Made by a program: the position numbers and the translations under genes
The notes under the pieces: model-generated
What the model was told of the DNA's origin: nothing
What the model saw: the letters and a program-made list of their open reading frames with translations, nothing else
The model's database searches: none
Shown here: positions 57,101-64,000 of the stretch, piece after piece
Position numbering within the stretch: the first letter of the stretch is position 1
Layout of the letters: the number at the start of each line of letters is the position of its first letter
Origin: Malacoraja senta
Lineage: Eukaryota
Assembly (NCBI GenBank): GCA_038087875.1
Contig: CM075998.1
Span: 250,001-314,000 of the forward strand
Direction: 5' to 3'
DNA: 64,000 nucleotides

Positions 57101-59692
57101 TTGAGTTGCCAATGTCACTGTAGGGAAAGAGTAAACTGAGCAGGGCAAACATTTAACTCCATGGCAACAACAGAAATGCTGGAAGAACACAGCCAGTCAA
57201 GCAGCATCTGCGTGTGAGGAATGGGTTAATAGGTATAGTTGATTTAGACAAGAACCCATTGTCTAGTAGGGAGTATAGTAGGGAGTATAGAACGGAGAAT
57301 AAGGGGAGTAAAGGACAAGTACAAATTGTGTATTTTCAAGGATGAGAACAGAGAAGATAGCAACAGCCCAGCATAGAACTAGGGTAAAGGTCAGAAGAAA
57401 CACTCAGTGCGCATGGGCAATTAACTTACATGAATATGTACACACACCCACTATGACAAGATGTCTCATTTAAATGCACATGCGATGCATGATATGGGAG
57501 GTGTCTTTGACGTCGGGTGGACGTTCCAGGACGTTCTCGTGGGAATGTGGGCTTTATGTTATGATTGGAAGAAGCACAATGGGGAGGGATGAGGGTGTGA
57601 CAATGATACCCATTAAATGTATAAAGATGGAAGTCATCCCGATCCTCGGTGTGTCTTGACAGGGGAGACACCCAACTCTGCAGACTTGCTAATAAATAAA
57701 CTTGTTTCTCTACATTCTCTACGCATCGTGAGTGTTCTTTCACAACTTGCGCCTGACAGCTTGGGGGCTCGTCCTCGGGATCCCCACTCCGGCCAGCTGG
57801 CGACAGTATACGGAAGAAGGGACGGTGCACCCCGTTGATTTCAACGGTCCCAGACCCCTAGATTGTCGTCAGCAGTTTCAGCGAGTGATATCCAGGACCA
57901 GAGATTAGAGAAACAAGTGGGAGTTCCGATCCGGAGGAAGATCGGGGGGAAATTCGCGAAGGAGCCAAATCGAGTGATTCTTGTGCACAAGACCCGGGTA
58001 AGAAAACTGACTATTAAGTACTACTCGGGCGATTAAATAAGACCTTGTGGATACCGCCCTGAAGAATTCAGGGGTCTGTACGGGCAAGGCAGGAAAGGCG
58101 GGAAAATAGATCGGGGGGAAATTCCGATCGGGAGGATGGGCCATGAAAACGGAAAGCCCACAAGGAAGGGGAAGGGCGGTAAGCCCGACCCCAGCATTCT
58201 GCCTGATAGTCCGTTGGGGCGAATGCTGAGCCTCTGGGGGCAGAGAAATACCCAGGGATTGGAGAAGACAAAAATGATTTGATTCTGTTATATTGAGTTT
58301 TAATACATGTAAAAGATGTTGCATTTATTGAAGTAAGAATGGAACGAATGTGATTTGTGTGTAAAAACCGGTTTGGAATGAAAGAGGAAGTTTATATTTG
58401 TGATAATTATTTTGTTTATTGTATAAGAGTAAGTAAGTAAGTTTTATTAAAATCAAAAATGTTCACTGGAGGTAGGTGTATGTTCCTTTAAATAAATCAG
58501 GTCATGGTGAAAGGCGCCGAACAGCTGTAAGATAACGATTAATGTTTGTATCCTCGTAAGAAGGGGAAGTTGTGAAACCAGCTTTTGGTTTTTCTGATAC
58601 TTTTAGATTTCTAGTCAGTAAAGATAATTTGGAAAATTGTTACTAGTGCTAGGAATTGGACATTTAAAATAGTGGTGAATATGGATTGAAATAATTGGAA
58701 ATAAGTTAATTGGTAAACATTCAAGTTTAGAAAGAAAGGAGAGAGAGGCAGTTAGAAGATAACAGAAGTAGAAAAACGACAGGCGTGAAAGTAATAAAGC
58801 AGGAGGAGTCAGTGGAAGATTTTTGCAAGGAGGCTAGAATATTTGAGAAGCAAGAAATTGAGTTTAGAATTAGAAAGAAGGCATACCAGAAAGGATTAAA
58901 GTTGGAAGCATTGGGATAAAGTGATGAGACTGCTTTAAAGAGAAAAGAGAAGGACAGACACGGATTATCCCTTGGGGCACCCATAAACTGAAAGGGCTAA
59001 AAAATACCTCACCCTATATCCCTAATGGGGGAGGAAATGGATTAGGGCTTTGGAGGAGGAGAACGTGGGACGATTATTGATCATGGAAGATTTTAAGGCA
59101 CTGTTGGTAAAAGTGATAGGAACCACTAAAGTGACAGAACTGAAGATGGATGGTATAAACTGATGCGAACAATGTAACAAGCAATGGCATACTGTTTGAC
59201 ACAGTCAGGCAGAGGGTATGGCAGACCCTCAGACAATGTTACCCACTTAAGAGGAACCCCAAGGAACAAGGGGAGATACAGAAGGAAAGGCAAATAGCCT
59301 ATCTGGAAAACCAGCTGAAAAGGTGGAGAGTTGATTGATGAACATTATATTATGAACTACTGTGGTGGATGTCATTCTTCTTAAAGTCAAGCAGATTCAG
59401 CGAACAGTTGGTCTCTGCGGTCGAGAAATATCGCAAAGATAGGAAAAAGACTTGCAAACCAGCAGGAGGAGTTGTTGTCAATAAACAATGGACCTAAGTG
59501 AGTCCTATGACGGAACCAAGCAGGGCCAGAGAATTACATGCCAATAATGAATGTCTTTGGGGTACGTTTCCTCAAAAAGTCCTATCAGGAGTGAAATTAA
59601 TCTGGATATAAGCCCTAACAGGACTGGGGTCCCCAAGAGAGAAAGGGATTTAAAGGAGGATTTGTTGATATTGTTCCATAAGTAACAAGCGA

Positions 59693-59723
<31 letters not shown>

Positions 59724-62700
59724 TTAAAAAAAAAATACTTCAGAATGTAGGACAGAGTATGAATAAGGTAATTAAGAGGTTTGGTAGACCTACAGAAATC
59801 AGCTTTGACAACGGATTGTTTTTATTTAGGGAGTAGCTAAGTTGGCGATAGAGACCCTTAGAGTAAAATACACATTTGGGTATGTAACACCTGCAGTCAC
59901 AGGCATGGTGGAAAGAATAAATGGAACATTGAAGGTTAATATAAATAAGATTTGTTTAATTACAAAGTTGAATTGGATCGATGCCCTGCCATTGGCACTG
60001 AAGAGATGTTGCATGCAAACTAACCGAGCAGGTGGCACAATGGAGAGGTCCCTACAAAGAGACCGAGTTTGGAACAGTTAAAGATAGAATTTAAAAAGTA
60101 TATGAAACAGTTAATTATGATATACAAGTCTATTTATGAACAGGAAAAGTAAATGCTGTTGGAGGTGGACCAGGAGGAAGGACCCTTTAAACCTGAAGAC
60201 AAGGTGTATGTATGAGTTTTCTAAACTACCGACCGATGTTCAGGTAGAAGGTTGAAATACCTGGTACCAATTCAATAATACCTGAGGGCTGTCCCGCAGG
60301 TATGAATAGATAATAGCCCTGAGGTAAGTGAACAGGAGGACAAGAGATGTGAAAAAAAAAAAAAAGTAGAATTTGAACAAGAACGTTGTTTGACATCAGT
60401 GGTGGGCAAAATAATGGAAAGCATACTTAAGACAATATATAAGATTAGGGTAGGATTAGAAAGAATTAGCATGGATTTGTGATTGTGATGTTTGACTAAT
60501 CTTGAATTTTTTGAAAAGGTTATTAGGGAAATTGATGAGGGTAAAGTGATGGATGTTGACTAGATGAACTTCAGTAAGGCCTTTGACAAGGTTCAATAAG
60601 GAAATAAGGTTGGTTAAGAAGGGTTAGTAAGGAATAGCAAGATGGATTAAAAAGTGGCTGTATGGGAGATGTCAGAGAGCAATGGTGGATGGATGTTTGT
60701 CAGGTTGGAGGTCAGTGACTAGAAGGGTATCTCGGGGATGTGTGTTGGGTCCACTGTTGTTTGTCATGTGGATCAATAATCTGGATGTTGGTGTGGTAAA
60801 ATAGATTAATAAGTGTGTAGATGATACTAAGATAGGTGGTGTTGTGAATAATGAAGTAGATTTAAAAGTATACAGAGAGATTTAGGTCATTTGGAAGAAT
60901 GGGTTGAAACATGACAGATGGGTTTAATGTTGATAAGTATGAGATGATACATCTTGGCAGGACAAATCAAAATTGAATGTACATGGTAAATGATTGTGAA
61001 TTGAGGAATGAAGTTGAATAGAGGGATCTAGGAATAACTGTGCATGGTTCCCTAAAGGTGGAATTTCATGAAGATAGGATGGTAAAGAAAGATTTTGGTG
61101 TGTTGGCCTTTATAAATCAGAGCATTGTGTATAGAAGTTGGGTTGTAATGTTAAATTGTACAAGGTATTGGTGAGGTCAATTGTGGAGTATGGTGTATAA
61201 TTTTGGTACGCATAATTATAGGAAGGATGTCAACAAAATAGAGAGAGTACAGAGGAGATCAATTAGAATGTTGACTGGGTTTCAGCAACTAAGACACAGA
61301 GAAAGGTTGAACAAGTTAGGTCTTTATTATTTAGGAACGATAGAAGGGGTCCCAACAAATACAAGGGAATGATGTATTCCTAAGGAACTATTTACTGGCA
61401 GTATCTCGTTCTATTACAGAATTAAGAACCAAGGGGCTGCTGGCACAGAGTCCCCATCTCGACTTCCAATCCATTCTGTGAAAGCGGGGGACTGGGATCT
61501 TGTAACATTATGGAAGGAAGAAAAGCTGCAACCTAAGTGGACTGGACCCTACCTGGTGTTACTAATCACCGAGACAGCAGTACGAACAAAAGAAAAAGGG
61601 TGGACACACGCAAGCCGATTTAAGGGTCCTGTGGAGGCCCCACCAAACAATATCAGCCTGTGGACTGTGCGCAAAGGAGAGGAACCATTGACTTTAATAT
61701 TTAACAAGAACCCGCGGGAAAAATGAAGATTTCGTGTTGATGGGTCGTGTGTTGGGTGGTTACCCAACTATGTAAGCATACAGAGTGTTCAAATGCAGGA
61801 AAGTGGAAGGATGTGCAGATAGAACAGGGAGAATGAGCCTAAGGATTTGAAGATAATGATAGTAGCAGGAGAAACAGAATTAAGGCAATTATACGAGGAG
61901 GGAATACCTACAGGAGGGAAGGGAGCCAACCCCTGGCTTGCCTGGATGATGTACACGGCCAGGAGTATGCAACACACCAATTGCTACGCCTGTGCCGGAG
62001 CTAAGCCTCAGCTGGTTCCAGAACCATTTCCCTTGAATTGGGATAGGACACCTGGGGCTATGCCATGTATACTACAGCTATTCACGAATCCCATCCTACC
62101 AAAGGATGCGACCTGCCAGAGTTATCATTACCTATTCCCGGCTAGCAACAACAATACAAAGGGCCGAAGGACAGACCCACGACCTCCTCCATTTAGAACT
62201 CCCCTTGGGGAGGAGGGATTTGAGTGCTATACCAGATATAACCCAGATGGACAGGAAATGGGGAAGGTGCTGAACTGCAATCAGACGTATAACATAACGG
62301 CTGAGGAACAGGGGCCACTGTTCAAAAGCTCCTGGCTGAGAAAGCAGATAGTCAGTAGAGCCGATGTCTGGTGGTGGTGCGGGGAGAATACCCTGTGGCC
62401 CCGGTTACCAGGGTCATGGACGGGAACCTGTACCCTCACACAACTGATGATGCCCTTCACCATAGCAGTAGAACATATTGTAGAACTCAATGAAGGAAGC
62501 CGACGACAGAAGAGAGGGGCGAGAGGATCATTCGACACACACATATATATAGATGCGAGAGGGGTGCCAAGAGGGGTACCCGATGAATTCAAAGCCAGAA
62601 ACCAGATAGCTGCGGGCTTTGAGTCCATACAACTGACAGATACCAGCCTAATGGCCTGGCAAAATCGCATGGCCTTAGACATGCTACTGGCTGAGAAGGG

Positions 62701-63744
62701 AGGGGTGTGTGTAATGTTTGGGGAACAATGTTGCACCTTCATCCCCAACAACACTGCTCCTGATGGGTCAGTATCGAGAGCCCTAGCAGGTCTCACCTCC
62801 CTGTCTATCGAATTTAAAACACAGTATGACCAGCGAGAGGAAGATAAGGAGGCGAAGATTCTGCTGCTAGCATTAGAGAACGGGCAGATAGTCTAAATCA
62901 AAGGTTGCGTAGCAAAAAAAAAAGTGTGGATTGTGAGGAATGGGTTAATAGGTATAGTTGATTTAGACAAGAACCCATTGTCTAGTAGGGAGTATAGTAG
63001 GGAGTATAGAACGGAGAATAAGGGGAGTAAAGGACAAGTACAAATTGTGTCTTTTCAAGGATGAGAACAGAGAAGATAGCAACAGCCCAGCATAGAACTA
63101 GGGTAAAGGTCAGAAGAAACACTCAGTGCGCATGGGCAATTAACTTACATGAATATGTACACACACACACTATGACAAGATGTCTCATTTAAATGCACAT
63201 GCGATGCATGATATGGGAGGTGTCTTTGACGTCGGGTGGACGTTCCAGGACGTTCTCGTGGGAATGTGGGCTTTATGTTATGATTGGAAGAAGCACAATG
63301 GGGAGGGATGAGGGTGTGACAATGATACCCATTAAATGTATAAAGATGGAAGTCATCCCGATCCTCGGTGTGTCTTGACAGGGGAGACACCCAACTCTGC
63401 AGACTTGCTAATAAATAAACTTGTTTCGCTACATTCTCTACGCATCGTGAGTGTTCTTTCACAACTTGCGCCTGACATGCGGAAGGAGAAACCAGTCAAT
63501 ATTTTGGGTCAGTGACTCTTCCTCAGAATCAGTAAATAAACCGAAACATTGTCCGTTTTTTTCCTTCCACACATGCTGTTTGACTGTCTGAGTTCTTCCA
63601 ACATTTCTATTTTGTTTCAGATAACATGCAGTTTTACTTGTTTTCCCTTTAACTCTACCGCTTTGTATTTTGCTCACCTTCTTCTCCTTCAAGTAATATC
63701 CAATGGCAAAATTCCTGTCTCCCGTTTCCTTCTCTGACTGAAAC
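44959..63744 (-). CDS. GLS2: Glutaminase 2, last 9 coding exons (partial; 5' exons outside the window)
   Basis: In-frame GT-AG exons with glutaminase and ankyrin-repeat motifs; GLS2-type residues [29 protein letters not shown], RWGNxPLDDA. Confidence 0.88.
45916..45979 (-). CDS. GLS2: GLS2 exon ([22 protein letters not shown])
   Basis: 64 nt. Confidence 0.93.
46306..46382 (-). CDS. GLS2: GLS2 exon ([25 protein letters not shown])
   Basis: 77 nt, ankyrin repeat. Confidence 0.95.
46897..46958 (-). CDS. GLS2: GLS2 exon ([21 protein letters not shown])
   Basis: 62 nt, ankyrin repeat. Confidence 0.92.
47081..50575 (+). CDS. L1 ORF2 (truncated APE endonuclease + RT + C-terminal Cys/His motif); L1-derived from ~47172
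   Basis: [33 protein letters not shown]...C; uninterrupted for >1100 codons. Confidence 0.93.
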   Translation: MIPSGKFRCPEANKPTHSERKQTKKYIKYNNKILNIIAESNYQIVIIGGDFNCVLDPYLDKSMQKQKGQTKSKTSELLHTYMENTNITDVWRIANPTGRDYSFYSMVHKTYSRIDYFLVDTKLISQSLNPKYHINAISDHSPLTFVLKLEGMSMNKPFWRFNSQILKDPQGSIYLKKQMDLFFELNDTPEISPTLLWESFKAFIRGVIISFQAYQNKKNKNEQRHLEDQIKQLDIDNAKDPTMDKHNKILLLKFQLNKLLSEKVITLFQITKQEHFEFGDKPHKLLARQLKKREKENAILKIKSDRGEVLTLPKDINKRFAQFYQKLYTSKTSIDNNKISEFLDNCNLPQLERREQEELGAQITSKEIEDTIKTLKNGKTPGPDGFSNEFYKSFYDIVTPRLQKMYTYAYKEQNLPETLAESTIILILKKDKNIEEPGSYRAIALLNTDQKIIAKTLANRLSKYVSRLIHEDQTGFIPKRHSFNNLRRLLNIMHSHKSDDQELAIISLDAEKAFDQVEWDYMIKVLQKFQLGENFIAWIKLLYNKPTARILTNNILSSKFELSRGNRQGCSLSPLLFALVIEPLAEKIRTHSNIHGYNTKYSNNKLSLYADDVLLYITKPQISIPNILNLIEDFGSFSGYRINWNKSEIMSIKPKDSTHLRKFPFKIAMEKFKYLGIEITRNYHDMFKANYNPLLKKLNNLIKFWKTLPMSLIGRINAIKMIFLPQILYLFQSIPIYLPKKFFKKLDSDITNFIWDYKSHRIQRTHLNKRKELGGLALPNFMYYNWAVNIKNMIHLLDNSAQQVDWIIMEKGDCSPNNIGAIILSPINLNNKNYNKNPIIYSTIRTWKQIKQNLKLRNLSLLIPIVNNPSFKPSIIDKAFIQWERMGIKTLEDLYELEKLLSFQQLQLKYNLKNNQYFKYLQICDYLKTHTKDYYNMPSDLLDEAMKTKAESVNLISYLYNIILNIEIPTTDGIRRDWEQDLGIKISKESWDNHLLQVHKCSINVRHTLIQFKTLHRLYYSKTKLNKIFPNVSPICDKCICQEATIAHSFVFCTKIQKFWFEIFDIFSKLIKIKLVPKPEWIIFGISEGIPELNVYQKNLLNYGLIMGKKLILKFWKNAPTPTIKMWTSNMLETLHLEEMRFLLVGKVDQFQKTWSTFLDLLQA
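47172..51017 (+). mobile_element. 5'-truncated L1-clade LINE with 3'UTR and A-rich tail, antisense in a GLS2 intron
   Basis: ORF2 motifs, A-tail from ~50953, flanking duplication AAATACAATA (47162-47171 / 51018-51027). Confidence 0.93.
51534..51626 (-). CDS. GLS2: GLS2 exon ([31 protein letters not shown])
   Basis: 93 nt. Confidence 0.95.
51746..51877 (-). CDS. GLS2: GLS2 exon ([12 protein letters not shown]...[18 protein letters not shown])
   Basis: 132 nt, GLPAKSGV motif. Confidence 0.96.
55102..55278 (-). CDS. GLS2: GLS2 exon ([22 protein letters not shown]...[14 protein letters not shown])
   Basis: 177 nt, catalytic-domain motif. Confidence 0.96.
55516..55869. mobile_element. hAT MITE, same family in opposite orientation
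   Basis: Same TIR, TSD GACTAGAC/GACTAGAT. Confidence 0.8.
56720..56770 (-). CDS. GLS2: GLS2 exon ([17 protein letters not shown])
   Basis: 51 nt. Confidence 0.92.
57213..57758 (+). repeat. 5' LTR
   Basis: TG..CA termini, TATAAA 57620-57625, AATAAA 57691-57696; 3 mismatches versus the 3' LTR by eye. Confidence 0.95.
57762..57781 (+). promoter_or_regulatory. Primer-binding site, tRNA-Pro type
   Basis: TGGGGGCTCGTCC(TC)GGGAT = MLV-type Pro PBS with a 2-nt insertion, 3 nt after the LTR. Confidence 0.85.
58980..59480 (+). pseudogene. gag: Degraded ERV gag remnant
   Basis: Broken-frame peptides [35 protein letters not shown] resembling fish ERV1 capsid. Confidence 0.55.
59760..60290 (+). pseudogene. 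pol: Degraded integrase (core + C-terminal relic); RT/RNaseH absent
   Basis: [49 protein letters not shown]. Confidence 0.8.
60385..61345 (+). mobile_element. Decayed CR1 LINE RT fragment inside the ERV
   Basis: [15 protein letters not shown], x[15 protein letters not shown] motifs with stops and frameshifts. Confidence 0.85.
61380..61726 (+). pseudogene. pol: Second integrase C-terminal (GPY/F) fragment
   Basis: [34 protein letters not shown]. Confidence 0.85.
61847..62896 (+). CDS. env: Retroviral Env, internally deleted (partial SU + TM ectodomain; no signal peptide or membrane anchor)
   Basis: CYAC (CXXC), furin site RRQKR, ISD-like [20 protein letters not shown]6CC. Confidence 0.88.
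   Translation: MKIMIVAGETELRQLYEEGIPTGGKGANPWLAWMMYTARSMQHTNCYACAGAKPQLVPEPFPLNWDRTPGAMPCILQLFTNPILPKDATCQSYHYLFPASNNNTKGRRTDPRPPPFRTPLGEEGFECYTRYNPDGQEMGKVLNCNQTYNITAEEQGPLFKSSWLRKQIVSRADVWWWCGENTLWPRLPGSWTGTCTLTQLMMPFTIAVEHIVELNEGSRRQKRGARGSFDTHIYIDARGVPRGVPDEFKARNQIAAGFESIQLTDTSLMAWQNRMALDMLLAEKGGVCVMFGEQCCTFIPNNTAPDGSVSRALAGLTSLSIEFKTQYDQREEDKEAKILLLALENGQIV
62932..63477 (+). repeat. 3' LTR
   Basis: Near-identical copy of the 5' LTR, preceded by a degenerate purine tract (AAAAAAAAAAGTGTGGAT). Confidence 0.95.
63678..63744 (-). CDS. GLS2: GLS2 exon ([22 protein letters not shown])
   Basis: 67 nt, cag/GTGAG on minus. Confidence 0.93.
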
Positions 63745-64000
63745 CTGGAATGAAACAAGAGAATATTAGTCACGAATAGCTGGAGTAACTCAGCGGGACA
63801 GGCAGCATCTCTGGAGAGAAGGGATGGGTGATGTTTCGGCTCGAAACCTTTCCTCAGTCTGAAGAAGGGTCTCGACCCGAAACGTCGCCTATTTCCTTCG
63901 CTCCAGAGATGCTGCCTGTCCCGCTGAGTTTCTCCAGCATTTCTGTCTACCAGAGACTATTGCATGCTCTGTGTGGATCTTTGGAGGCACAGGAATAGAG

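Larger units (their letters stand above)
57213..63477 (+). mobile_element. ERV1 (gamma/epsilon-like) defective provirus, antisense in a GLS2 intron
   Basis: Two TG...CA LTRs of 546 bp, TSD TGCG (57209-57212 / 63478-63481), PBS, gag/IN relics, env ORF. Confidence 0.95.

Noticed and set aside
62281..62796. 171-aa antisense ORF in env
   Set aside because: Shadow of the env frame with no independent motifs
44959..63744. Calling the glutaminase GLS (kidney type)
   Set aside because: Diagnostic residues (SEKETG, GGICP, LSAEA, EQKD, WGNxPLDDA) match GLS2

Overview
Eukaryotic (vertebrate) genomic DNA. The repeat landscape (tRNA-derived V-SINE/HE1-like SINEs, CR1 3' ends, Penelope-derived foldbacks) suggests a cartilaginous fish such as a skate or ray. 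The window holds a complete STAT2-like gene on + (GC-rich promoter ~5.4-5.9 kb; 23 coding exons, 9122-~39211, ~730 aa). It lies tail-to-tail with the last 9 coding exons of GLS2 (glutaminase 2) on - (44959-63744; 5' part is outside the window). GLS2 introns carry a young 5'-truncated L1 with an open ORF2 and a recently integrated but internally decayed, chimeric ERV1-like provirus (546-bp LTRs differing at 3 sites, 4-bp TSD, tRNA-Pro PBS, deleted env ORF). Highlights: hammerhead-ribozyme-like cores in mobile Penelope-derived foldback mini-elements; P-element-like MITEs with a possible excision footprint; an apparent 1-nt frameshift in STAT2 exon 10 that an upstream acceptor could rescue; strand-biased C loss inside the ERV. 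All exon calls were made by hand from GT-AG boundaries and recalled protein-family motifs; no database search was run.
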